DNA from: Octopus sinensis
Lineage: Eukaryota
Length of the DNA: 23,882 nucleotides
Reading direction: 5' to 3'
Assembly (NCBI RefSeq): GCF_006345805.1
Contig: NW_021836511.1
Span: forward strand, 1-23,882
Shown piece after piece: positions 1-8,990 of this stretch. The notes under the pieces were generated by a model. It saw only the letters and a program-made list of their open reading frames with translations. It was not told where the DNA came from and searched no databases. The position numbers and the translations under genes are program-made. Within the stretch, counting starts at the first letter, position 1; each line of letters opens with the position of its first letter.

Positions 1-300
1 CGGGGGTCGATTAAATAAGTAAAAAGTTAATCATTGGGTCGATGTAATCGAATAAATTCCTTTGTCTGTCCTGTTTGTCCCCTCTATGTTTAGCTCCCTA
101 GGATAATAAATAAATGCTTAGGGTATTTCGTCTGCTGTTGCGTTCTGAGTTCACATTCCACCGAGGTCGACTTTGCCTTTCATTCTTTCGGGGGTTGATA
201 AATTAAGTACCAGTTTCGTACTGGGGTCGATCTGATCGACTGGTCCACACACCCAAAATTCCGGGCCTTCTGCTAAAGTAGAAATAATATTATTAGTGAT
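1..300 (+). mobile_element. SINE family 1 (Meta/Sauria-like central domain), two partial units
   Basis: Contains GTATTTCGTCTG..GTTCTGAGTTCA..CCGAGGTCGACTTTGCCTTTCAT..TAAGTACCAG..CTGGGGTCGAT, shared with the copies at 5734, 10815, 13865 and 20701. Confidence 0.8.
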
Positions 301-319
301 TGTCAACATTATTATTATT

Positions 320-930
320 GAGCTTGCAGAATGGTTAGCACGCTGGGAAAAATGCTTCGCGGCCTTTTCATCGTGCACGTTCTGAGTTCCAATTATGCCG
401 AGGTCGACTTTGCCCTTCATTCTTTCGAGGTCGATAATTAAGTACCAGTTGAGTACTGGGGTTGGATCTTTTGGTTTGAACGGCAGTTTTTCTAGCGGTG
501 TCATATGAAATTGTCACCCATAATTATGACCCTTGTATCGATCTATTACATTTCCTGTTTTAGGGTTAGGGGTGGGGGGGGTAAGGGTATCTTTTTTTCT
601 TCACAAATGTAAATAAGCCAATCTGTTTCTTAAACGAGGGACATATTCATACAGCACAGAATGCTTTTTACCTCAATAGACGTCATTGATTGGTTGAAAT
701 TGCAGAAACTAAAAAAAAAAAAAAAACCTTACAAACTATAGAATTTTCTCAATAAAGCCAAGAGAAAAAGATGTTTTATAAACACATTCTACCAGTATAC
801 GAAGTTTAAAAGTGGAAATTATTTCTAAAAACTGCCGGTCAAACCGAAAAGATCCCTGGGGTCGATGTAAACGACTATACCCCTCCCACCAAATTTCAGG
901 CCTTGTGCTGATAGTAGAAAGGATTATTAA
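320..930 (+). mobile_element. SINE family 1 copy split by a MITE (SINE parts 320-463 and 856-930)
   Basis: Head GAGCTTGCAGAATGGTTAGCACG. The body breaks at CTGGGGT and resumes at 856 as CTGGGGTCGATGTAA. Confidence 0.8.
464..855. mobile_element. MITE family A, Merlin-like (GG termini, 8-bp TSD)
   Basis: TIR GGATCTTTTGGTTTGAACGGCAGTTTT / AAAAACTGCCGGTCAAACCGAAAAGATCC. Flanks CTGGGGTT (456-463) and CTGGGGTC (856-863) match at 7/8. Second copy at 12368. Confidence 0.8.
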
Positions 931-1320
931 TCATTGTTATCATTACTATTATTATGATTGTCATCAGCGTCATCATTATCACTATCAACGTCATCATTAA
1001 TATCGTTTGTTCGTGTTGCTGTGGCACGTGTTCTATTTTGGAGTTTGTTTTTAATTTTTTTTTTTTTTTTTTTTTTTTGCTTAGAGAATTTCTTATCAAT
1101 GACTCTACGACTGTCATTGGCTTTTTGCTATAATGTTGCTGCTGTTGTTGTTGCTTAAAGGTTTGTGATGTTTCTGCCATTCTTGATAATGCTGCTCAAC
1201 ATGCCAGTGTTGATTTTGTTATGGATGTGGTGGGAGGTCCGCGGCGGAAGAGGCAGCGGCGGCGGCGGCGACGGTGGAGGTGGTGATGATGATGGCCGTA
1301 TTGGCGCGTATTTGTCCAGC
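930..1320. repeat. Compound trinucleotide low-complexity block (ATC/TTA/GTT/GCG) with a long T run
   Basis: Visible (CAT)/(TTA)/(GTT)/(GCG) runs and about 26 T near 1052-1078. Confidence 0.8.
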
Positions 1321-1329
1321 AAATATCAT

Positions 1330-1395
1330 TTATCTGTTTGCTAAGTCCGAAGATTTTTGAAATTGGGTTTCTTGCATCTCAGCTGCAAAGATCCG
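1330..1395 (-). CDS. Possible short terminal exon (RIFAAEMQETQFQKSSDLANR*), unidentified
   Basis: Minus-strand pyrimidine tract (1400-1445), then two AGs (1397-1396 and 1384-1383) and an open frame to TAA at 1332-1330. No homology recognised. Confidence 0.2.
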   Translation of the reverse strand, partial: RIFAAEMQETQFQKSSDLANR

Positions 1396-1810
1396 CTTGA
1401 TGCACAAGGAAAGACAAAACGACAGACAGACAGAAGGGAGACAGTTTGCTGAGTTTGTTGACTGGGGTGGGGGGGAGCATATATAAACAGATACACATAA
1501 CTGAGATTGAGTGGCGATTGAATGTAGGAGTAAGGAGATGTGTGCGTGTGTGAGGGAGTCATTAAGAAAAACGGAGAGGTGAGGAAAGAGAGAGAGAGAA
1601 ACAGAGAGAGGGAGAGAGAGTGTTTGTGGAAGAGAGAATTAAGACTAGTGAAAGCTATATATGGATAACTGTGGCTGTATACCTGTTTCCGTGCATGTGA
1701 GTGAGAATATCAACGTATTATGTATGTGTGTGTATGTATATATATGTATGTATATATATATATATATATAGTATATAATATATATATATATATATAATAT
1801 ATATATATGA

Positions 1811-1873
1811 TTATAATTTAGGGTATCTATAAGAGATACCACCACGCTGGAAATAGCAGCCAAAACCTGACTC
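1811..1873 (+). repeat. Direct repeat, copy 1 (partner 2121-2181)
   Basis: TTATAATTTAGGGTATCT(AT)AAGAGATACCACCA(C/T)GCTGGAAATAGCAGCCAAAACCTGACTC occurs twice. Confidence 0.9.
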
Positions 1874-2027
1874 CAAAACCACATTAAATGTTCATACCCG
1901 GAACCATGTGGTTCAGAAGCAAACTTCTTACCCACACAGTCACGCCTGTACACACGTTTATATATATATATATATATTGGTAAAAACGTTAAGATAACAA
2001 AAGGCTTGTTATATATATATATTTATA

Positions 2028-2186
2028 TAGGTAAGGATAAGATCGTTAATTTAAATATCGATCTTATCAAGTGGCCAGCATGGGAATAAAAATCTCCAAA
2101 GGTAATAATTATTATTAAAATTATAATTTAGGGTATCTAAGAGATACCACCATGCTGGAAATAGCAGCCAAAACCTGACTCTAAAA
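2028..2186 (+). mobile_element. Short (TA)n-flanked element remnant containing direct-repeat copy 2
   Basis: Starts at a (TA)n run, has an AT-rich head with an AGCAT motif like those at 21121 and 21845, and carries the GCTGGAAATAGCAGC hairpin. Confidence 0.45.
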
Positions 2187-2558
2187 CTTGAAAATATCCT
2201 CTTCCCAGAATTGATGTGGTTTCATGTCAAAGAATCCATCAAAGTATCTTTTAACGTCATCCAAGGAATTGAAATTTTTACCATTAAAACTATTCTGCAG
2301 GGACCTGAATAAGGGAAAATCCGAAGGGGCAAAATCTGGTGAATATGGAGGGTGGAGTAGCACATCCCAGCCGAGCTGCATCAATTTTTGTCTGGTTCCC
2401 AAAGCATCAAGTGCCGAAAATGAACTTTCTTATCTTCCATTTTAAAGGGTTACAGAATTAACACATGTTATAGGAACATAAACCTTCTTCCCCGAAAAGA
2501 TAGCTTAAATTGAGCTCTAAATGGCGGTGTAGTCAAATCCTATTTTATGGACTCAATA
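2184..2558 (-). mobile_element. Internally deleted mariner (Tc1/mariner DD34D) transposon remnant
   Basis: C-terminal motif WDVLLHPPYSPDFAPSDFPLFRSLQN (YSPDLAPSD family signature). An N-terminal MEDKKVHFRHLMLW starts at ATG 2440 in another frame. The probable 5' end abuts TA/(TAAA)n near 2557. Confidence 0.9.
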
Positions 2559-2575
2559 AATAAATAAATAAATAA

Positions 2576-2632
<57 letters not shown>
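2556..2632. repeat. (TAAA)n(TA)n microsatellite
   Basis: Direct reading. Confidence 0.95.
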
Positions 2633-2634
<2 letters not shown>

Positions 2635-3034
2635 CGCAGGAGTAGCTGTGTGGTAAGTAGCTTGCTAACCAACCACATGGTTCCGGGTTCAGTCCCACTG
2701 CGTGGCATCTTGGGCAAGTGTCTTCTGCTATAGCCCCGGGCCGACCAATGCCTAGAGAGTGGATTTGGTAGACAGAAACCGAAAGAAGCCTGTCGTATAT
2801 ATGTATATATATATATGTGTGTGTGTATGTGTTTGTGTGTCTGTGATTGTCCCCCTAGCATTGCTTGACAACTGATGCTGGTGTGTTTACGTCCCCGTCA
2901 CTTAGCGGTTTGGCAAAAGAGACCGATAGAATAAGTACTGGGCTTACAAAGAATAAGTCCCGGGGTCGATTTGCTCGACTAAAAGGCGGTGCTCCAGCAT
3001 GGCCGCAGTCAAATGACTGAAACAAGTAAAAAGA

Positions 3035-3036
<2 letters not shown>
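2633..3036 (+). mobile_element. SINE family 2, full length (tRNA-like head, internal (TA)n(TG)n, tail TGACTGAAACAAGTAAAAGAG)
   Basis: Head GGCGCAGGAGTAGCTGTGTGGTAAG with B-box-like GGTTCAGTCCC. Near-identical to the copies at 13284, 15035 and 18634. Confidence 0.92.
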
Positions 3037-3076
<40 letters not shown>

Positions 3077-3839
3077 CAGTTTGACTGACCAACTCGGCAT
3101 TATTTAAAGTTTCATAGGCGTAAGACAAGTCTGTCGCTTCATAGGAAGATGGAGAAAGCTAGAATTAATATGTGTATGACTGTGTGCATCTTTGCATGCA
3201 TAAAGAGAGGAAATATATGTGTATATACACACACACACACACACACTTCTATTTATATATATTCCCACTATTCTGCATAATTCATATATACTGTTTTGCA
3301 TCTTATGTGATTCTAAATATACAGATGCATATATAGGTAAATACACATACTATATATTCACATGTATACGTGTGTTGATACACATACGTATTTACCTAAT
3401 TTTATATGCGTGCGAGTGTATATGTATATATATATATACACACACACACAGACACACATAGTATGCTTCCTTTTCACCTATATCTCTGTTGATTTCCGGC
3501 AGTGTTGTATCAATAAATGCTCGAGACAAAAATCAAAAAATTATGTCTGTAAACTCCGAATGAAGATCAGTTTTCTTCTTTTTCCATAACTTATGAGGAA
3601 GAAAAAAAAAAGCAAGAAAAGAGAAAAATACAAACGAAAAAGTGAATTAAGGCAAATTCTTTTTCGCTCAGGAATAACTATTTATAGTAAACATTGTCTG
3701 TCGTTGTCTCTAGACACAGAAGATTAGAATTAAGACAAACGTGACGAGAACCGAATTCTAAGGAAGAAAAATATGGCGGTTCAATCGCAAAGTGAACTGA
3801 TGTCGTCTGCTTTGTGTTTAAGCATTTTAATGTGAGTGT

Positions 3840-4060
3840 GCGCTGAAGAATTGGCAGAAATGTTGCCACGCCGAAAAAATACGCTTAACAGCATTTTGTC
3901 CGTCCTTATGTTTTGAGTTCAAATTCCACCAAGGTTGACTTTACTTCTACTTCTCATTTTTTTTTGGGGGGGGGGTCGATAAAATCAGCACCAGTGAGCA
4001 ATGCAACCGGTGTAATCGACTCAACCCATTCCCAAAATTGCTGGCCTTGTGCCAAACTTT
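3840..4060 (+). mobile_element. SINE family 1, degenerate copy
   Basis: TTGGCAGAAATGTT..GAGTTCAAATTCCACCAAGGTTGACT..GGTCGATAAAAT..CCCAAAATTGCTGGCCTTGTGCC. Confidence 0.7.
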
Positions 4061-4561
4061 GACACACGCACTGATGAATGTTACACATAGATTTCCTTGA
4101 CAACTTTCTATGACTATTTTTTTTATACTGTTTTTATATTGTTGTACTTATTTTTTTTTCCATATCAAAATATGATTGGTTTATTATAAGATAATAGTGT
4201 TTATTGGTTTATAAATTTATTTCTTCAATATTTTTTATCCAATTTCTTTCTAGTACTTTTTTTCTTGTTTTTTTTCTTTTGATTTTTTTTTTCTTTTTCG
4301 TATTGTGTATATTTATTTCATAGAAATATTTCATACAAATGTTTTCGAAGATAATAAATTTGGAGACTGACGAATTACCATATCCTATCGATGCAACTAC
4401 GCACAGATTATTATTATTTCAATCTTGTTCTCATTCTCTGTCTCTCGTTCTCTCCCTCTTTCACTTTGTTACTTATTCTCTCCTTTTGCATTACATATAG
4501 AGGGACAAGCATTTACAAGCACACGACTTGACATTCAAATATACATATGTGAATATATCTA

Positions 4562-4600
<39 letters not shown>

Positions 4601-4928
4601 TATACTCACACACATATATCTCTACATACGTACGTAATTTGAGAGCGTAGAGGACAAACGTGATGTAAGGATCGATACACTTATAGACGTACAGATAGAC
4701 TGAAACGTATAAATCGATCGATAGACAGAGAGGACCACAGACAGACAAAAAGATAAATAGATTCATTGATTGGATTGTTTGATGAAAGCAAGTTATGCAG
4801 ACACACGCACTTTCTCTAAGTCACTCGATATATATATATATATAATTCACTCTATACATATAAGTCAGTATATAAATGTCACTATATATATATGTGTGTG
4901 TGTGTCACTATATATATATATATTATAT

Positions 4929-4964
<36 letters not shown>

Positions 4965-4976
<12 letters not shown>

Positions 4977-5175
4977 CCAAACATGAAAACACAAAGAGAA
5001 AACACAACAACGCGAGGACGTGGGACAAGTATAGTGTTATTGGACGCTCAGGAAATGAAAGAAAGAAGGATTTAACGTTTCGAGCGGAGCTCTTCGTCAG
5101 AAACACAGGAAAAGGAAAGATCCAAGAAAGGGAAGATGGAGGGAAAACAAATCGCCAACGGTACACACGCAGTCA
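4965..5175 (-). mobile_element. (TA)n-embedded Penelope-like terminal fragment carrying a hammerhead
   Basis: Flanked by TA-rich repeats and contains the hammerhead at 5070-5104. The Penelope assignment is inferred from the known association of minimal hammerheads with Penelope pseudo-LTRs. Confidence 0.55.
5070..5104 (-). ncRNA. Minimal type I hammerhead ribozyme motif, intact core
   Basis: Minus strand reads GTTT-CTGACGA-A-GAGC(TCC)GCTC-GAAA-CGTT-AAAT: CUGANGA and GAAA boxes, 4-bp stem II, palindromic AACGTT stem III, weak stem I. Confidence 0.75.
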
Positions 5176-5344
5176 AGTCACTGTATATATGTCACTCGAT
5201 ATCAAGAAGTCTCTCATATATATATATCATCCGATATATATATCATTCGACATCGTTAAGTTTGTCATATATATATTTATCACTCGAGATCAATAAGTTT
5301 CTCATATATATATATATATATATATATCACTCGATATCGATAAG

Positions 5345-5396
<52 letters not shown>

Positions 5397-5400
5397 TTAA
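5175..5400. repeat. Compound minisatellite TCACTCGATATCGATAAGTCTCTCA(TA)n, about 4 diverged units
   Basis: Units recur near 5192, 5250, 5280 and 5327, each followed by a (TA)n run of different length. Confidence 0.75.
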
Positions 5401-5733
5401 AATTTCCCAAACTAGACGCTAATATCTAGAGTTATCTAAACCTAATAACAGTATCTATATTAAAAAAAAACAGTATCAATGTAAATAATCACACAAAGCC
5501 AGGAATCCACAAACACTTTCCACTTTATTAGAACGAAGGACGACTCAGAATGACGAGACAAAAACAAAGAAAAAAAATTCACAGACAAGCGTAAAAAAAT
5601 ATTTATTCCCCTCAATAGCTGCCAAACGGATATCACTATAGTTTCGGCACTTGGGTAGTACCACTCAATCCGGGGGCGCAAACAGCATTAAAAACATAAA
5701 CCCTGCCTGTGAATCAATCGTAAACAGCAAGTG

Positions 5734-5971
5734 CGAAATAGCTATTTCTTTACTACCCACAGGGGGCTAAACACAGAGGGGACAAACAAGGACAGACAAA
5801 CGGGTTAAGTCGATTAGATCGATCCCAGTGCGTAACTGGTACTTAATTTATCGACCCCGAAAGGATGAAAGGCAAAGTCGACCTCGGCGGAATTTGAACT
5901 CAGAACGTAACGGCAGACGAAATACGGCTACGCATTTCGCCCGGTGTGCTAACGTTTCTGCCAGCTCGCCG
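5734..5971 (-). mobile_element. SINE family 1, near full length with a residual tandem junction
   Basis: Reverse complement of GGCGAGCTGGCAGAAACGTTAGCAC...TAAAGAAATAG, followed by (C)TATTTCG. Confidence 0.9.
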
Positions 5972-6148
5972 ACTATAATATCAGTATAGTATGCCCCTTA
6001 CGCCTACAACTGCTCATTTCTGCGATCAAGAACAAATTAAACAAGTTCTATTAACTTATAGCTACAAAAGAGTATTTATAAAATAAAGAGCTTACTCCCA
6101 GAAAAGACATTATGATCGTATAGGTATAATACAAAGGAACAAGTGAAC

Positions 6149-6673
6149 GGTACTACTTAAGAAGAGCGGTCCCGGTGCACGCACTCGCGTACTCGCGCAT
6201 CCGCGCCAGCTAGTCGTGACTAGTCGATCCTGCAACGACTACCTAGCAAAGTAAATAAAACACAAAATAAATTGGCGATCCTTCGGTATAGGTACCGCAA
6301 GTACCGTAAGTGGCTTTGTTTACATTTCTGAAGATAACAGAAACCCTTTTCTCCCACCCCTAACCCTAACACAACCCCCCCCCCATATATATATATATAA
6401 TAAAACACTTTCTTGAAATGTATCCGGTACTTCCGGTACCTATACCGAAGTTACGCCAATAAATACTTTTTTTACACAAAGAAAATAGTGTTTGTGTTTT
6501 ATTTACTTCGTTTTAAAAAAAATTATTTACTTTGTGTAAAAAAATGATTTATTTTGTGTTTTATTTACTTTGCTAGGTAGTCGTTGCAAGATCGACTAGT
6601 CACGACTAGCTATGGCGTGGATGCGCGAGTACGCGAGCGCGCGCACCGGGACCACTCCTCTTAAGTAGTATCC
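6149..6673. mobile_element. MITE family B, Merlin-like fold-back element with a perfect 8-bp TSD
   Basis: About 125-bp TIRs (GG[A]TACTACTTAAGA..TAGTCGTGACTAGTCGATC..ACACAAAATAAA) plus a second inner inverted repeat. TSD AAGTGAAC at 6141-6148 and 6674-6681. Confidence 0.9.
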
Positions 6674-6778
6674 AAGTGAACTAAACATAAGGGAAAACTA
6701 AACAATCGATACCCGGCATGATAACACCAACCCAGAAAACAGCAAACCAAGAACTTAAGGCACTACTTAAATACAGAG

Positions 6779-7073
6779 GTTTGTTCCTTCTCGAGCCATG
6801 CCTAGTTCATAAGGGCCGGTTTCCCGGTTTCCTTGGCGTATAGGTTCCCCACCTGGACGGGACGCCGGTCCGTCGCAGGTGAGCTGCAAGATGCAGGAGG
6901 AAAGAGTGAGAGAAAGTTGTTTCGAAGCAGAAATTCGCCATTATCTTCTGCTGGAGCCGCGTGGAGCTTAGGTGTTTCGCTCATAAACACACACATCGCC
7001 CGGTCTGATATTCGAACCCGCGATCCCTCGACCGCGAGTCCACTGCTCTAACCACTAGGCCATGTGCCTCCAC
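6779..7073 (-). mobile_element. SINE family 3, tail type 1
   Basis: Head GTGGAGGCACATGGCCTAGTGGTTAGAGC with B box GGTTCGAAT. TSD ATACAGAG at 6771-6778 and 7074-7081. Confidence 0.9.
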
Positions 7074-7091
7074 ATACAGAGATCCCTTAAC

Positions 7092-7472
7092 GGCACTACT
7101 TAAATACAGATGTTACATACAAAACATCTTAAATCTACGCTGTGTGGACGTGTAATGACACCCTAACCGCAGCCCCAACTCTAACCATAACCCTAAAACT
7201 AACCACTCCACCTCATATCGTTACGTAGAAATCATCGGGACTTCTGTATTTAACCCTTTAGTGTTTAAACCTGCCATATCTGACCCAGATATTCCACATG
7301 TTTTATATTCAAACTGGCGATATCTAGCCTCTCACACCTAACCTACAATGTCATGCTAAAAATAAACAATCACGTCATTGAAACCTCAAAGCTATAAGAT
7401 AATGCATGATTAATTCAAAACAATTTGAGTGAAAAAGTATTACATTTAACAGAGTAAAGGGTTACGTAGTGT
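7092..7472. mobile_element. MITE family C (TIR GGCACTACTTAAATACAGA), interrupted in its right TIR by a piggyBac-type MITE
   Basis: Left TIR at 7092. Removing 7254-7461 restores CTTCTGTATTTAA-GTAGTG, the reverse complement of the left TIR. Central TAACCC-like repeats. A further TIR fragment lies at 6759-6778. Confidence 0.7.
7254..7461. mobile_element. piggyBac-type MITE (TTAA target)
   Basis: TTAA|CCCTTTAG...TAAAGGG|TTAC: CCC/GGG termini with a TTAA-like duplication (right copy 3/4). Confidence 0.75.
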
Positions 7473-7487
7473 GGCACTTAATACATA

Positions 7488-7994
7488 TCTATATATATAA
7501 AACTCTAGTTGTGTGAGTGTCTGTCCCCTTCGATTTAGATTCCTAACTCCTCCCACATTTTGCGGTGCAGTTTAACCAAATTCGGGTATCTTATAGTCGT
7601 GATTCATATCGAGCCCGTCTGACTATTAGCGCGCGTCAACGATGAGTCTACGATTTTAAAAATAATTTAACATCATTTTTTTATTCCATTTTAATGCATA
7701 AAATGCATCGTGTGTCGATGGCGGCGGAGTTGGCGTCCACGCTCACAGCTGCACCTGTTTGCTTCTCCCCCTTCCCTCCCTCGTGAAGCTGTGGGGAAGG
7801 GAGTGTAAAGAAATCAACGTCGTAATGCGTTGTGAAGGAAACCAGCGTTCTTTTAGAACAACGACTTCATGGCTTGAAGACACCAAAACAAACATGGCTA
7901 AGAAAGCCCGAATTTATAAGGGAAGTAACTCTCTAAAAATGCTTATATAGTTATTTCCCTTACAAACCCGAGCAACGCCGGGCGATACTGCTAG
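7488..7994 (+). mobile_element. Non-autonomous Helitron, copy 1 (long variant)
   Basis: A|TC 5' end (TCTATATATATAAA). 3' hairpin CCCG-AGCAACGC-CGGG at 7967-7982, then CTAG at 7991-7994. No TSD. Confidence 0.88.
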
Positions 7995-8387
7995 TCTTTA
8001 TATATAAAAGAAAGGTTGTGTGTCTGTCTACTCCGATTTAGATTCCTAACTACTCCCACATTTTGCGGTGCAGTTTAACCAAAACCGGGTATCTTATAGT
8101 CGTGATTCATATCAAGCCCTTCTGGGTATTAGCGCGCGTCTACGATGAGTCTACGATTTTAAAAATAATTTACCATCATTTTTTTCCATTTTAATGCATA
8201 TTTTTTAATATAAGGGAAGTAACTCTCTCAAAATGTCTACGATGAGTCAAAGATTTTTTTAAAAAATTTACCATAATTTTTTTTCCATTTTTAATGCATT
8301 TTTTGCTATTATTTGGCTATAACTCTCTAAAAATGCTTTATAGTTATTTCCCTTACAAACCCGAGCAACGCCGGGCGATACTGCTAG
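7995..8387 (+). mobile_element. Non-autonomous Helitron, copy 2 (head-to-tail with copy 1)
   Basis: TC start directly after CTAG, same 3' hairpin and CTAG|T end, internal duplication of about 97 bp. Confidence 0.9.
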
Positions 8388-8652
8388 TAGACTATAAAAA
8401 GAACAGACAGTCAGACACATTGTTTTTCAACCTATATTATATCACAAGAATGAAATCACACCAAAAGCGAACTAATAAAAACTAAGGGGAAAAGTATATC
8501 TTATAACCAATGTCTATAAAATACATGTTCAATATAAAATAAATTAAGAAAGTAATTGCTAATTAACAGTAAAATAATAAATAGGATTAAATATAAAAAT
8601 AATTACAATTAAATTATATTTAAAATTAAACATAAAAATATATAAATCAATA

Positions 8653-8990
8653 TTGATTTGAGACCCCCTTTGATCATGACTGACCGTGGGATTGCACCTA
8701 GAAAGTTACCCTCCCAAGCACAAGTCTGGGCAAGGTTGTTTATGGAAGTCCAGCAGTTGCCCATGCATACCAGCCTCCCCTCTCCATACCACTAATATTA
8801 TCCAAGGGAAAGGCAAAGGCCGATCCAGCTTGGCACCCGTGACGTCGCAACTCAATTCTACAGCTGAGTGAACCGGAGCAACGTGAAATAAAGTGTCTTG
8901 CTCAAGAACACAACACGCAGCCCCGTCCGGGATTCGAACTCAAAACGTCGCGATCGTAAGCTCGACGTTCTAATCACTGAGTCATGCGCC
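8653..8990 (-). mobile_element. SINE family 4, full length
   Basis: Head GGCGCATGACTCAGTGATTAGAAC..GAGTTCGAATCCC, core GTGTTCTTGAGCAAGACACTTT. TSD AAATCAATA at 8644-8652 and 8991-8999. Confidence 0.85.

Noticed and set aside
151-504. 117-aa ORF with an internal repeat (ERMKGKVDLG) and similar ORFs at 11211, 14137 and 20626
   Set aside because: Antisense or sense translations of SINE family 1 copies, not genes
896-1180. 94-aa poly-Q/poly-K ORF
   Set aside because: Built from CAA repeats and an A homopolymer; no recognisable domain
2553-3100. Recurrent ORFs with SARGYSRRHLPKMPRSGTEPGTMWLVSK (also 13194, 15208, 18667)
   Set aside because: Translations of SINE family 2; the apparent conservation is just repeat identity
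4072-4410. CTGATGA at about 4072 and CTGACGA at about 4367
   Set aside because: No convincing stem II plus GAAA downstream
5610-5680. Minus-strand GGTAC/GTGCC stem followed by GAAACTATAGT, hammerhead-like
   Set aside because: No CUGANGA box, and the cleavage position would be G; too many changes needed
8930-8990. tRNA-like sequences at SINE heads (also 7010-7073 and 10575-10640)
   Set aside because: A/B boxes are present but continue into SINE bodies with TSDs; not tRNA genes
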